41,182 nt of DNA from assembly GCF_003334355.1 (NCBI RefSeq), contig NZ_QOWP01000031.1; one strand, 5' to 3'. A model generated the notes under the pieces. It was given only the letters and a program-made list of their open reading frames with translations, was not told the origin of the DNA and searched no databases. A program made the position numbers and the translations under genes. The DNA is from Escherichia coli. Its GTDB lineage: Bacteria; Pseudomonadota; Gammaproteobacteria; Enterobacterales; Enterobacteriaceae. This document shows, in pieces, positions 1 to 11,528 of the stretch (position 1 is the stretch's first letter; each line of letters opens with the position of its first letter).

Positions 1-90
1 CGTGTCAGTGGTGGCGCATTATAGGGAGTTATTCCGGCCTGACAAGAGGAAATTTAAAATAATTTTCTGACCGCGCAACATTCAACCAAA

Positions 91-948
91 TCAGCCTAAA
101 ACTGCCAGTTTTTCGAGCGTTTCGAAGCCGTAACGCTGTAAAACGGGCAATAATTGTTCAGCTCCTGGCGTCATTGCCATACAAAAGGCAATATTCGCAT
201 CGGCAGATTTTGCATCCGGGGCTTCATGTTCTAACAACCAGGCCGTTCGGCGAGCAATCGCTGCGCCAGAATCCACCAGCCGGGTTCCCTCTGGCAGCAC
301 TTGTAACAGTTCTTCTTGTAGTAGAGGGAAATGGGTGCAACCCAATACAACGGTATCTGGCGGCTCTTTCATTCTTAACCACGGGCGTAGGATACGTTTT
401 AGTGCATCCAGAGAAACATCTTCGCCATGTAGCTTCGCTTCAGCCAACTCAACCATCTCTGCCGAGCCCAGCATTTCTATCTGGCATTCATTAGCGAAAC
501 GCGCGATCAGCTCATGAGTATAAGAACGTTTAACTGTTCCGCGGGTTGCCAGTAATCCGACAATGCCATTTGCCGTCAGACGTGCAGCAGGTTTAATCGC
601 CGGCACGACACCAACAACCGGGAAGTCGAACTTTTCGCGTAATGCAGGAAGTGAAACGGTACTGGCAGTGTTGCAAGCGACCACAGCCAGCGCAAGGGGA
701 TAACGTTCTTGCACCGCGGTGACAATTGCCACCACTCGCTCAACAATAAACGCTTCGCTTTTTTCGCCATACGGGAAAGCGACGTTATCGAAAGCATAAA
801 TGTAATGGAGATCCGGTAAGAGATGCCGGATCTCGTCATAGACCGACAACCCACCGACGCCGGAGTCAAACACCAGCACGGTGGGACGTGGTTCAGAAGG
901 TGTAGCTGCCAGACAAGGTGTATTCCCGTCCTGCAGTTTGGTAGCCAT
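91..948 (-). CDS. murI: Glutamate racemase MurI
   Basis: ORF-track protein (289 aa) recognised as E. coli MurI; start trimmed to the internal Met (MATKLQDG...) giving 285 aa, the length I remember for K-12; ATG confirmed as cat at 946-948 on the plus strand. Confidence 0.9.
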   Translation of the reverse strand: MATKLQDGNTPCLAATPSEPRPTVLVFDSGVGGLSVYDEIRHLLPDLHYIYAFDNVAFPYGEKSEAFIVERVVAIVTAVQERYPLALAVVACNTASTVSLPALREKFDFPVVGVVPAIKPAARLTANGIVGLLATRGTVKRSYTHELIARFANECQIEMLGSAEMVELAEAKLHGEDVSLDALKRILRPWLRMKEPPDTVVLGCTHFPLLQEELLQVLPEGTRLVDSGAAIARRTAWLLEHEAPDAKSADANIAFCMAMTPGAEQLLPVLQRYGFETLEKLAVLG

Positions 949-2737
949 AGACTGTCTCATAATCTTTGTCGAACAGGTTGGCTATTTTACCACGAACTGT
1001 CAGGTGAGAGGTGACCGGATACGCAACCGCAAGATCCCACAAGCTCACACCGCCCATTTTAACGGTTTGATAAGAATAAGATGAGTAATCCTTATCATAG
1101 CGAGTGCCTAAATACTGATAAGTAATACCCCAGTCGAAGTCATACAACTGCCAGTCGAGCTGGTATTTCACCTGCTGTTTAGCACGGCGTAACAACGGCG
1201 TGTCGGTAATCGCATTGCGCGCATCGACATAATCATAACTCACAGTATGCGTCAGTGGTCCGGTATCAAAATTGGCGGTCGCCTCGACGCCCTTAATCCG
1301 CGCTTTCCCTTCGTTGTAATATTTCAGAGTGTGATCATCATAATCGATCAAGTCACTGACATCGTTACGATATCCGGAAATACGCCAGTTCACCCCAGCG
1401 GTTAAGCCTTCAAACGCGCCTTCCCACTGTTTGCTTTTCTCCGGGTCCAGATTCGGATTTCCGTAGAAGCCATACAGTTGCCCCAGATTTGGTGCCTTAT
1501 AAGATGTCCCGTAGGAAGCAATGAAGCGATAACCTTCGATGAATTCCCAACCGGCGCTGGTTTGCCAGGTTCCATGACGACCAAACTGTGAGTTATCGTC
1601 ACTGCGTGCTGCGCCTTCAAAGGTAAAATCGCCGACTTGTTGCAGCCCGGTCAGATAGATGCCGGTATTACGTTGATCATATCCATCCTCAACATAACCT
1701 GTACCCGGCGTCGTAGTCTGTTTCTGCCAGTCGACACCCGCACCAATACTACCGTGACCAACGATGACATTGTTTGCCCACTGGACGGTGTATTGCTTCA
1801 TCTCATCGAGCGTCGCCGACGAATCATAACGACCATAATGGGGATCGTAGTTGTAATCTTTGCTATGGCTATAGCTGGTAATGAGTTGTGATTTAATCAG
1901 TTCGCCGTTATAGCGCAGCCCGGCGTCCCAACTTTGGCTATAGAGTTTACGGGTATCGAGCAACGGTGAACCGGGAGAATAATACGCGTCATAATTGGTA
2001 CGGTTATCATAGCCATAGCCGCGCACAAAGCCGCTCCAGGCATCAGTAAAGTTATGCTCCAGCGCGCCATAAAGCGTTTTACTTAAAAAACCATCGTTAT
2101 CTGTCTGCGCTTGCGTTCCGGTATTACCATAGGCAACAACATCATAACCATGAGTATGGGCATAATCGCCCAACAGCGTTACCCGTGTCTTATCCCCCAG
2201 TTGTTGCTGCGTAGAGACATCATAGTTCTGATAACTATTGCTTCCCCACCCTGCTGAAATTTCCGTTCCGGGTTCATCGCGCGTCGTGATGATATTCACC
2301 ACCCCGCCTATTGCATCGGAACCATAAACAGCGGAGCGCGGCCCACGGATATATTCAACACGCTGGACAAGCGCAATAGGGAACTGGCTAAGGTCGGCAG
2401 AACCACTCACCCCCGCCAGATTCAGGCGTACGCCATCAATTAACACCAACACATGACTGGCATTTGTACCGCGAATAAAAATAGATGAGAGCTGACCTGA
2501 ACCGCCGTTTTGGGTGATATCGACGCCCGGAAGACGGCGCAGCACATCATTGACCGAGGTCGACTGCCAGCGGTCGATATCCTGACGGGTCACAACGGTG
2601 GTTGGTGCAAGCACAGTGCTGCGCGGCTGTTCAAAACGGTTAGCAGTAACGACGAGAGTATCCGGGCTGGTATCCTGTGCCCAAGCGGAAAATGCCGTGA
2701 CGGAACACGCCGTCAGCAGCGAAGCTTTTTTAATCAT
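893..2737 (-). CDS. btuB: TonB-dependent outer-membrane vitamin B12 transporter BtuB
   Basis: 629-aa ORF contains the BtuB sequence starting [10 protein letters not shown] (signal peptide, TonB box DTLVVTA, C-terminal beta-barrel ending in F); start set at the internal Met (614 aa). The 3' end overlaps the murI start by 56 bp. Confidence 0.92.
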   Translation of the reverse strand: MIKKASLLTACSVTAFSAWAQDTSPDTLVVTANRFEQPRSTVLAPTTVVTRQDIDRWQSTSVNDVLRRLPGVDITQNGGSGQLSSIFIRGTNASHVLVLIDGVRLNLAGVSGSADLSQFPIALVQRVEYIRGPRSAVYGSDAIGGVVNIITTRDEPGTEISAGWGSNSYQNYDVSTQQQLGDKTRVTLLGDYAHTHGYDVVAYGNTGTQAQTDNDGFLSKTLYGALEHNFTDAWSGFVRGYGYDNRTNYDAYYSPGSPLLDTRKLYSQSWDAGLRYNGELIKSQLITSYSHSKDYNYDPHYGRYDSSATLDEMKQYTVQWANNVIVGHGSIGAGVDWQKQTTTPGTGYVEDGYDQRNTGIYLTGLQQVGDFTFEGAARSDDNSQFGRHGTWQTSAGWEFIEGYRFIASYGTSYKAPNLGQLYGFYGNPNLDPEKSKQWEGAFEGLTAGVNWRISGYRNDVSDLIDYDDHTLKYYNEGKARIKGVEATANFDTGPLTHTVSYDYVDARNAITDTPLLRRAKQQVKYQLDWQLYDFDWGITYQYLGTRYDKDYSSYSYQTVKMGGVSLWDLAVAYPVTSHLTVRGKIANLFDKDYETVYGYQTAGREYTLSGSYTF

Positions 2738-2977
2738 TGTAAAGCATCCACAATAGAAGAAGGATGCCGCAGGTTTCATCAATATTACGCGATGATGAGA
2801 ACCAGATGCGACGTTGGCCGGCAGGTCTTCGGGCTTGGAGGGGTATCTAAGATACTAAGAGATGATGACTTCCCACCGGATGGCAGTGTCCGCATAACGC
2901 AATCATCGCACCTTTCCTTACCGCTGCGCGTCAGCTCCAGATTCGCACTGGATTCCCTATTAACTCACAGGACCGGC
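2738..2977 (-). promoter_or_regulatory. Cobalamin (B12) riboswitch in the btuB 5' leader
   Basis: Roughly 240-nt untranslated leader directly upstream of the btuB ATG; minus-strand sequence GCCGGTCCTGTGAGTTAATAGGGAATCCAGTGCGAAT... and the B12-box-like GAAGACCTGCCGGCC (plus-strand 2811-2835) match the btuB leader as I remember it. The 5' boundary is approximate. Confidence 0.75.
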
Positions 2978-3105
2978 AAGTGGATGCTACAGGTTGTAAC
3001 AAGTTACTGTCCAGACGTAGCTCACAAATAGGAATTCATCAAGATCTGGACATCTGATGAGCAATCCCTACAATCGCCGCGTACTTTAATTTTTCAGGAT
3101 ACATC

Positions 3106-4206
3106 ATGACCCCCGAACACCTTCCAACAGAACAGTATGAAGCGCAGTTAGCCGAAAAAGTGGTACGTTTGCAAAGTATGATGGCACCGTTTTCTGACCT
3201 GGTTCCGGAAGTGTTTCGCTCGCCGGTCAGTCATTACCGGATGCGCGCGGAGTTCCGCATCTGGCACGATGGCGATGACCTGTATCACATCATTTTCGAT
3301 CAACAAACCAAAAGCCGCATCCGCGTGGATAGCTTCCCCGCCGCCAGTGAACTTATCAACCAGTTGATGACGGCGATGATTGCGGGTGTGCGTAATAATC
3401 CCGTTCTGCGCCACAAGTTGTTCCAGATTGATTACCTCACTACGCTGAGTAATCAGGCGGTGGTTTCCCTGCTATACCATAAGAAGCTGGATGATGAGTG
3501 GCGTCAGGAAGCGGAGGCCCTGCGCGATGCACTGCGCGCGCAGAATCTGAATGTGCATCTGATTGGTCGGGCAACGAAAACCAAAATCGAGCTGGATCAG
3601 GATTACATCGATGAACGTCTGCCGGTCGCAGGGAAAGAGATGATCTACCGTCAGGTAGAAAACAGCTTTACCCAGCCGAACGCGGCGATGAATATTCAGA
3701 TGCTGGAATGGGCGCTGGACGTAACCAAAGGCTCAAAAGGCGATTTACTGGAGCTGTACTGCGGCAACGGTAACTTTTCATTAGCGCTGGCGCGCAATTT
3801 TGATCGGGTATTAGCCACCGAAATCGCTAAGCCGTCGGTTGCTGCTGCGCAATACAACATCGCAGCTAACCATATTGATAACGTACAAATTATTCGTATG
3901 GCGGCAGAAGAATTTACTCAGGCGATGAATGGTGTGCGCGAGTTTAACCGCCTGCAAGGGATCGACTTAAAGAGTTATCAGTGCGAAACCATTTTTGTCG
4001 ACCCACCGCGCAGCGGTCTGGACAGTGAAACCGAGAAAATGGTGCAGGCGTATCCGCGTATTTTGTACATCTCCTGTAACCCGGAAACGTTATGCAAGAA
4101 TCTGGAAACATTAAGCCAGACGCACAAGGTCGAACGTCTGGCTCTGTTTGATCAGTTCCCCTACACGCACCATATGGAGTGCGGCGTATTACTGACCGCG
4201 AAGTAA
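3106..4206 (+). CDS. trmA: tRNA (uracil54-C5)-methyltransferase TrmA
   Basis: 366-aa ORF, full-length match to the remembered TrmA sequence ([18 protein letters not shown]...). Confidence 0.92.
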
Positions 4207-4213
4207 AACCCAT

Positions 4214-4235
4214 GCCGGATGCGCCAGCATCCGGC
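4214..4235. terminator. Perfect hairpin between convergent trmA and yijD (likely bidirectional terminator)
   Basis: GCCGGATGC-GCCA-GCATCCGGC: 9-bp perfect stem with a 4-nt loop, read directly from the sequence, sitting between two convergent stop codons. Confidence 0.55.
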
Positions 4236-4245
4236 ATAATACCGA

Positions 4246-4605
4246 TTACTCAGCAACTTCCTGCTTACGGTTACGCATCTTCGCGCCAATCCAGAACACC
4301 ATAATGACGGAGAGTACTGCCGGGAAGAAGTTAGAGCCGATATCCGGATATTCCGCACGAACTACCGTGCTGTACAGCAGTACGCCGAGAATAAAACAGG
4401 CAGCTGCCAGACCCGGCAAGCCTACCGGCATAGTGCGATTAAGATAACGTTGATGCAGGCAGTAAACCGTCAGCACCAGGGAAATAATCGGGAATACAGA
4501 AAATGGCACAATGGAGCTAAACAGCGCTGCGAAAGTACCATTAATCGATAAGCCAGCAACTAACGCCAGCAGCAGCGTACCTCTATCTTGATTTGCTTGT
4601 TTCAT
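4246..4605 (-). CDS. yijD: Inner-membrane protein YijD (DUF1422)
   Basis: 119-aa ORF, strongly hydrophobic with predicted TM helices; position between trmA and fabR as in K-12. Confidence 0.85.
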
Positions 4606-5252
4606 TACTCGTCCTTCACATTTCCCGGAATAATTGCGGTTTTCTCTTGTTCACGGCGATACCAGTAATAAGCCCCTTTCGAAATCATTCGCAGTTGCAG
4701 TACCAGTCGCTCTTCTAATTGCCGACGTTGTTCGACGCCGACGTCCAACGCCTCGGCACCCGCACTGAAGACAATTGTCACCATTGCTTCGGCTTGCGCT
4801 TCAGTAAACGCACGCGGCATATGGTTTTCGAGTTCCAGATAGTCCGCAAGTTCCGCAATGAAGTGCTGAATTTCACGCGCAACGGCGGCACGAAACGCAG
4901 CGGAGGTGCCGGAGCGTTCCCGCAATAATAACCGGAAGGCGTTAGGATTATTACCGATGAACTCCATAAATGTGGAGACCGAGGTGCGGATCACACTCCC
5001 GCCTTTGGCGATACGCTGACGCGCCTGGCGCATGAGTTGGCGTAGCATTAAACCGCTCTCATCAACCATGGTCAGACCCAGTTCGTCTACGTCGCGGAAA
5101 TGCCGATAAAAAGAGGTGGGAGCAATGCCCGCTTCACGCGCCACTTCACGCAAACTCAGGCTGGCGAAGCTGCGTTCAGCACTTAATTGGCTAAATGCGG
5201 CTTCCACCAGCGAACGGCGGGTTTTTTCTTTTTGTTGCGCTCTTACGCCCAT
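4605..5252 (-). CDS. fabR: TetR-family repressor of unsaturated fatty-acid synthesis FabR
   Basis: ORF-track 247-aa protein trimmed to the internal Met ([20 protein letters not shown]...), giving 215 aa; helix-turn-helix region recognisable; cat at 5250-5252. Confidence 0.85.
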
Positions 5253-5585
5253 CACGATGTCTGAATCCTTGCCAAAAGTACTGCTGGCACTATACCAGAG
5301 AATGAACATACTGGATTGCTCCAGTATTGTGAATGAACGGTAACGCAATAAAACATATTTACTGCAATTCTTTGGCCGGTTCTTTTACGTACAGCGGAAA
5401 CCTGCCGCTTAAACGGAGAGTATCGTCGATAAAAATCCAATAAAACGTCAGGGCAAAAGTAAGAAACAGACAAAGCAAAGGCCGCTCAGGATATAGCCAG
5501 ATAAATGACGGGGATCAATTGGCTTACCCGCGATAAAATGTTACCATTCTGTTGCTTTTATGTATAAGAACAGGTAAGCCCTACC

Positions 5586-6986
5586 ATGCCACATTCCTAC
5601 GATTACGATGCCATAGTAATAGGTTCCGGCCCCGGCGGCGAAGGCGCTGCAATGGGCCTGGTTAAGCAAGGTGCGCGCGTCGCAGTTATCGAGCGTTATC
5701 AAAATGTTGGCGGCGGTTGCACCCACTGGGGCACCATCCCGTCGAAAGCTCTCCGTCACGCCGTCAGCCGCATTATAGAATTCAATCAAAACCCACTTTA
5801 CAGCGACCATTCCCGACTGCTCCGCTCTTCTTTTGCCGATATCCTTAACCATGCCGATAACGTGATTAATCAACAAACGCGCATGCGTCAGGGATTTTAC
5901 GAACGTAATCACTGTGAAATATTGCAGGGAAACGCTCGCTTTGTTGACGAGCATACGTTGGCGCTGGATTGCCCGGACGGCAGCGTTGAAACACTAACCG
6001 CTGAAAAATTTGTTATTGCCTGCGGCTCTCGTCCATATCATCCAACAGATGTTGATTTCACCCATCCACGCATTTACGACAGCGACTCAATTCTCAGCAT
6101 GCACCACGAACCGCGCCATGTACTTATCTATGGTGCTGGAGTGATCGGCTGTGAATATGCGTCGATCTTCCGCGGTATGGATGTAAAAGTGGATCTGATC
6201 AACACCCGCGATCGCCTGCTGGCATTTCTCGATCAAGAGATGTCAGATTCTCTCTCCTATCACTTCTGGAACAGTGGCGTAGTGATTCGTCACAACGAAG
6301 AGTACGAGAAGATCGAAGGCTGTGACGATGGTGTGATCATGCATCTGAAGTCGGGTAAAAAACTGAAAGCTGACTGCCTGCTCTATGCCAACGGTCGCAC
6401 CGGTAATACCGATTCGCTGGCGTTACAGAACATTGGGCTAGAAACTGACAGCCGCGGACAGCTGAAGGTCAACAGCATGTATCAGACCGCACAGCCACAC
6501 GTTTACGCGGTGGGCGACGTGATTGGTTATCCGAGCCTGGCGTCGGCGGCCTATGACCAGGGGCGCATTGCCGCACAGGCGCTGGTAAAAGGCGAAGCCA
6601 CCGCACATCTGATTGAAGATATCCCTACCGGTATTTACACCATCCCGGAAATCAGCTCTGTGGGCAAAACCGAACAGCAGCTGACCGCAATGAAAGTGCC
6701 ATATGAAGTGGGCCGCGCCCAGTTTAAACATCTGGCACGCGCACAAATCGTCGGCATGAACGTGGGCACGCTGAAAATTTTGTTCCATCGGGAAACAAAA
6801 GAGATTCTGGGTATTCACTGCTTTGGCGAGCGCGCTGCCGAAATTATTCATATCGGTCAGGCGATTATGGAACAGAAAGGTGGCGGCAACACTATTGAGT
6901 ACTTCGTCAACACCACCTTTAACTACCCGACGATGGCGGAAGCCTATCGGGTAGCTGCGTTAAACGGTTTAAACCGCCTGTTTTAA
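5586..6986 (+). CDS. sthA: Soluble pyridine nucleotide transhydrogenase SthA (UdhA)
   Basis: 466-aa ORF with N-terminal FAD-binding motif GSGPGG and flavoprotein disulfide-reductase family architecture; matches remembered SthA. Confidence 0.92.
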
Positions 6987-7886
6987 AACTTTATCGAAAT
7001 GGCCATCCATTCTTGCGCGGATGGCCTCTGCCAGCTGCTCATAGCGGCTGCGCAGCGGTGAGCCAGGACGATAAACCAGGCCAATAGTGCGGCGTGGTTC
7101 CGGCTTAATGCACGGCAGATAAACAACCCCATCGCGTTTGCGCTCCGGCGGCACAGCCAGCGCTGGCAGTAAAGTGATCCCGCTACCTGCCGCCACCATG
7201 TTGCGCAGAGTTTCCAGGCTGGTCGCGCGGAAGTGTGTATCTTCATCCGCCCCGGCTTCAAAACAGAAACCCATTGCCTGATCGCGCAAACAGTGACCAT
7301 CTTCCAGCATCAGCAGTTTTTCCCCTGCCAGATCGGCCATCGGTACGCATTCGCGGTTCGCCCACGGGTGATCTTCATAGATAGCCAGCAACATTGGCTC
7401 ATCAAACAACGGCACTTCAATGAATGCTTCGCTCTCTTTCACCAGCGCGAGGATCACGCAATCGAGTTTGCCGCTGTCCAGTTGCGCCAGTAACTGGTGG
7501 GTCTGTGCTTCATGCAGATACATTTCCAGCTTTGGAAAGGTCTGGTGCAGCATAGGGATAATATGCGGTAGCAGGTACGGTCCAACTGTGGGAATCAAAC
7601 CAATGTGCAGCGGTCCGGACATCGTCTCGCCCTGCTGGCTTGCCATCTCTTTAAGGACTTTCACCTCACGCAGCACGGTACGCGCCTGATCCACCAGCAG
7701 CATTCCCGCCTGGGTGAACAACACTTTACGGCTGGTCCGCTCCAGCAACATCACGCCCAGCTCATCTTCCAGCTTACGAATTTGCCCGCTAAGCGTCGGC
7801 TGGCTAACGTGGCAGGAATCTGCCGCACGCCGAAAATGGCGGTGTTCAGCCAATGCCACCAGGTACTCAAGATCACGAATATTCAT
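6969..7886 (-). CDS. oxyR: LysR-family hydrogen-peroxide-responsive regulator OxyR
   Basis: 305 aa from the internal Met ([44 protein letters not shown]...); the 3' end overlaps the sthA 3' end convergently by 18 bp. Confidence 0.92.
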   Translation of the reverse strand: MNIRDLEYLVALAEHRHFRRAADSCHVSQPTLSGQIRKLEDELGVMLLERTSRKVLFTQAGMLLVDQARTVLREVKVLKEMASQQGETMSGPLHIGLIPTVGPYLLPHIIPMLHQTFPKLEMYLHEAQTHQLLAQLDSGKLDCVILALVKESEAFIEVPLFDEPMLLAIYEDHPWANRECVPMADLAGEKLLMLEDGHCLRDQAMGFCFEAGADEDTHFRATSLETLRNMVAAGSGITLLPALAVPPERKRDGVVYLPCIKPEPRRTIGLVYRPGSPLRSRYEQLAEAIRARMDGHFDKVLKQAV

Positions 7887-7981
7887 TATCCATCCTCCAT
7901 CGCCACGATAGTTCATGGCGATAGGTAGAATAGCAATGAACGATTATCCCTATCAAGCATTCTGACTGATAATTGCTCACA
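7887..7981. promoter_or_regulatory. Divergent oxyR/oxyS promoter region with OxyR operator
   Basis: Intergenic segment between the oxyR start and the oxyS 5' end (ATAGGTAGAATAGCAATGAACGATTATCCCTATCAAGCATTC...); OxyR autoregulation and oxyS activation from this region is established knowledge. Individual operator half-sites were not delimited. Confidence 0.6.
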
Positions 7982-8090
7982 GAAACGGAGCGGCACCTCT
8001 TTTAACCCTTGAAGTCACTGCCCGTTTCGAGAGTTTCTCAACTCGAATAACTAAAGCCAACGTGAACTTTTGCGGATCTCCAGGATCCGC
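7982..8090 (+). ncRNA. oxyS: OxyS small regulatory RNA
   Basis: 109-nt sequence GAAACGGAGCGGCACCTCTTTTAACCCTTGAAGTCACTGCCCGTTTCGAGAGTTTCTCAACTCGAATAACTAAAGCCAACGTGAACTTTTGCGGATCTCCAGGATCCGC matches oxyS as I remember it; ends in a GC hairpin (GCGGATCTCCAGGATCCGC) followed by T8 at 8091-8098. Confidence 0.85.
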
Positions 8091-8152
8091 TTTTTTTTGC
8101 CATAAAAAAGCCCGGCGATAAGCCAGGCTCAAATTTATACATATAAATGTTC

Positions 8153-9526
8153 TTACCCTAACCGAGCATGCGCAAAAGCAATCGCCTGCGCCACCTGCTG
8201 CGGTGAGACGCCGCCTTTTGCCGCACGCTTGTCGAGGCACGATTGCAGCGACAGAATCGGATAGACATCTTCGTCAATCACCTGACTGAATTTCTGCAAC
8301 TCACTGAGCGGCAGATCTTCCAGCGGTTTGCCCTGACGAATGGCTTCCACCACCGCTTCACCAACAATATGGTGCGCCTCGCGGAACGGTACGCCTTTCG
8401 CCACCAGATAATCCGCCAGTTCGGTGGCGTTGGCGTAACCCTGCTGAGCCGCTTCCTGGCAACGTGGACGTTTCACCTGAATGCCGTCCAGCACCAGCGC
8501 CGCCATATGCAGGCAGTCCAGCCAGGTATCGAGCGCGTCGAACAGACCTTCTTTGTCTTCCTGCATATCTTTGTTGTAAGCCAGCGGCAAACCTTTCAGC
8601 GTCATCATCATGCCGGTTAACGCCCCCTGCACCCGACCGCATTTACCGCGAATCAGCTCCAGCGCATCCGGGTTTTTCTTCTGCGGCATTAATGATGAAC
8701 CGGAAGTCACGCGGTCAGAAAGCTCCACAAACCCCGCTTCGCCGGTGTTAAAGAAAATCAGATCTTCAGCAAAACGCGACAGATGCACCATGCCGATAGC
8801 GGCAGCAGAAAGCAGTTCCAACACATGGTCACGGTCAGAAACGCTGTCGAGACTGTTACGGGTCGCCGAAGCAAAGCCCAGCCAGCCTGCTAACTGTTCA
8901 CGGTCGATTTCATAGGCCGTTCCCGCCAGCGCGCCACAGCCTAGCGGGCTGACATCCAGACGCTTAAGCGCATCCTGCAAACGGCTTTCATCACGCGCCA
9001 GCATCTCAACATAGGCCAGGCACCAGTGCGCGAACGTCACCGGCTGGGCGCGTTGCAGGTGAGTGTAACCTGGCATTACCGCGTCCTGATTGTTTTGTGC
9101 GGTTTCCACCAGCGCCGATTGCAGCTGCCGGTTAGCCGTCAGTAACTCGCTAACGGTATCTTTGCACCACAGTTTCAGGTCAGTCGCTACCTGATCATTA
9201 CGGCTACGCCCGGTATGCAGCTTTTTGCCTAACTGGCCCACTTTGTCGATCAGTTTGCCTTCCACCCAGCTATGGATATCTTCGGCGTCGCTTTCAAGGA
9301 TTTGTTGTGGCCTGGCGCGAACATCTTCCAGCAACACGTTCAGCGCCTCTTCCAGTTGCGCCTGCTCTTCTGCGGTTAACACGCCTACCGTGACCAGGGC
9401 TTTGGACCAGGCCACAGAGCCAACAATATCCTGCTCCGCCAGACGGTAATCAAAGCGCAGTGAGTCGTTGAATTGTTTGAACCGTTGATCTGCTGCCTGG
9501 GTAAAACGCCCGCCCCAAAGTGCCAT
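8153..9526 (-). CDS. argH: Argininosuccinate lyase ArgH
   Basis: 457-aa ORF, full-length match to remembered ArgH ([34 protein letters not shown]...). Confidence 0.93.
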   Translation of the reverse strand: MALWGGRFTQAADQRFKQFNDSLRFDYRLAEQDIVGSVAWSKALVTVGVLTAEEQAQLEEALNVLLEDVRARPQQILESDAEDIHSWVEGKLIDKVGQLGKKLHTGRSRNDQVATDLKLWCKDTVSELLTANRQLQSALVETAQNNQDAVMPGYTHLQRAQPVTFAHWCLAYVEMLARDESRLQDALKRLDVSPLGCGALAGTAYEIDREQLAGWLGFASATRNSLDSVSDRDHVLELLSAAAIGMVHLSRFAEDLIFFNTGEAGFVELSDRVTSGSSLMPQKKNPDALELIRGKCGRVQGALTGMMMTLKGLPLAYNKDMQEDKEGLFDALDTWLDCLHMAALVLDGIQVKRPRCQEAAQQGYANATELADYLVAKGVPFREAHHIVGEAVVEAIRQGKPLEDLPLSELQKFSQVIDEDVYPILSLQSCLDKRAAKGGVSPQQVAQAIAFAHARLG

Positions 9527-9586
9527 AACTCTGTTTCCTTATTTTGAAATTCAATGCCGGAAAGCTGCGCCTCCGGCCAACAAAAC

Positions 9587-10363
9587 TTAAGCTAAAATCC
9601 GCGTACCCATCGGCATACCGTTAAACAGTGCCGGAAGCTGCTCCGCATGACGCCAGGAGGCGATATCTACCGGACGGCCCAGCGTGCGGGCCGCATCCAG
9701 CGCCGCGTTCACTTTCACTATCATGCCGTCAGTAATAATGCCCTGCTCAATCAGTTGTTCTGCTTTCGCGGCGGTCATTTCGGCAATGCGTTGCCCTTTG
9801 CCGTCGAGAATGCCGCTGACGTCGGAGAGCAAAATCAGATCCGCGCCCAGCGTTGCCGCCAGCGCCGTTGCCGCCTGGTCGGCATTGACGTTCATCAGTT
9901 GCCCTTCGTCTGTTACGCCAATGGAGCTGACCACCGGCAGATAACCGTTCTCCAGCAAGGAGTTGATAAGCTTAGGCGAACCTGGCTGCGCCAGTCCAAC
10001 ATGGCCTAACTCTTCATCAAGCTGGGTCACTTTGACGCTGTCGCCGTCACCGAGAAACAAACCTACGGCCGCAATCTGATGTTTCTTCGCCCATGCCAAC
10101 AGGGTTTTATTTGCCGTTCCCGCCAGTGCTCCGGTGATAATGTCTATCTGATCCGCAGGCGTCACCCGCAGGCCATTTTTCTTTTTCACCGGCAGATTCA
10201 GCCCTTTCATCAGCTCATCCACCACGCAACCGCCGCCGTGCACAATCACCAGCGGACGCTGATGTGACTCACGATAATTCACCAGTGCGCTAAACAGACG
10301 TTCCAGCGCCTCTTCACTATCCAGCAGTACGCCGCCCAGTTTGATAATTAATGGATTCATCAT
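9587..10363 (-). CDS. argB: Acetylglutamate kinase ArgB
   Basis: ORF trimmed to [24 protein letters not shown]... (258 aa); amino-acid kinase family; cat at 10361-10363. Confidence 0.9.
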
Positions 10364-10370
10364 TGCACCC

Positions 10371-11375
10371 TTAAATAAGAGACTGCGTTTCCGCATAGCC
10401 GAAACGAATATTGGCGCACTGTACCGCTTGTGCCGCCGCGCCTTTCAGTAAGTTGTCTTCGGTCGCCACAATAATCAGATGCTCGCCCTGAACGGCAAAC
10501 CCGATATCGCAAAATGGCAGCCCAACGACATTTTTCAGCGCCGGAACGCCTTTGTCATACAGCCGCACCAGCGGTTTATGGGCATACGCCTGCTGTAACA
10601 CTTGCGCGACTTGCGCCTGGGTCACACCCGATTTCAGGCGGCAGGTAATGGTTTCGAGAATGCCGCGCGGGAAATTGCCCAGATGTGGGGTGAAGATAAC
10701 GTCAGCACCGAGGTGTGTGGCGATCTCTGGTTGATGGCGATGAGTAAAGACGCCATACGGTTGCAGGCTAACTTCACAAAAGCTGTTTGAAATGGCCGCT
10801 TTACGCCCTGCACCGCTCACGCCGCTGGTGGCGTTGATCACCGGCCACTGATTGAGGTCAAGAAGATCGGCATCAATCAACGGTTTCAGCGCCAGCTGTG
10901 CCGCCGTCGGATAACAGCCCGGCACCGCAATCAAATTCGCTTCTTTTAATTTATTACCGCACCACTCCGCCAGACCGTAGGCTGCCTGTTCCAACAGTTC
11001 CGGGTATTGATGGGTAAAGCCGTAATATTTTTCATAGAAGGTGGCGTCGTTAACACGAAACGCGCCGGAAAGGTCGAACACCACGCAGCCCGCTTCAAGA
11101 AACTGCGGCGCTAAATCGTGGCTAACTTCATGGGCGGTGGCGAGAAACACTACGTCCACCCCTGGGCTAAACTCGCTGATATCCGACATCGGCTGCAACG
11201 GCAGATCAACGATGCCTTTTAGCTGCGGATGCAAATCGGAGATTAACTTTCCCGCATCATTGCTTTGCGCTGAAACAGTCAAAGCGGTTATGTTCATATG
11301 CGGATGGCGATTTACATAGGTCACTAGCTCTGCGCCAGCGTAGCCGCTGGCACCCACAATCAGCGTATTCAACAT
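10371..11375 (-). CDS. argC: N-acetyl-gamma-glutamyl-phosphate reductase ArgC
   Basis: 334-aa ORF ([18 protein letters not shown]...) with Rossmann motif GASGYAG; matches remembered ArgC. Confidence 0.93.
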
Positions 11376-11528
11376 CGGGGCTATTCACCTTCTTATGTCT
11401 GGTTGCCAGGTTAAACGTAAAACATTCACCTTACGGCTGGTGGGTTTTATTACGCTCAACGTTAGTGTATTTTTATTCATAAATACTGCATGAATATTGA
11501 TACTATCATGACCAGAGGTGTGTCAACA
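11376..11528. promoter_or_regulatory. Divergent argE / argCBH control region with ARG boxes
   Basis: Between divergent argC and argE; contains TTTATTCATAAATACTGCATGAATATTGATACTATCATGA (about 11472-11512), which looks like tandem ArgR operator boxes (TnTGAAT...ATTCAnA-like). Confidence 0.65.

Noticed and set aside
91-960. N-terminally extended ORF-track starts for murI, btuB, fabR, oxyR, argB, argE, pflC, frwC, gldA, yijE, katG, metB and metJ
   Set aside because: Each longest ORF begins at an upstream in-frame ATG that adds residues absent from the proteins as I remember them; internal Met starts were used instead. The exact start of each remains an inference without experimental data.
2510-3031. 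173-aa plus-strand ORF spanning the btuB 5' end and leader
   Set aside because: Lies antisense to btuB and across the riboswitch leader; no ribosome-binding site and arginine-rich, low-complexity translation; best explained as a chance frame in GC-rich DNA.
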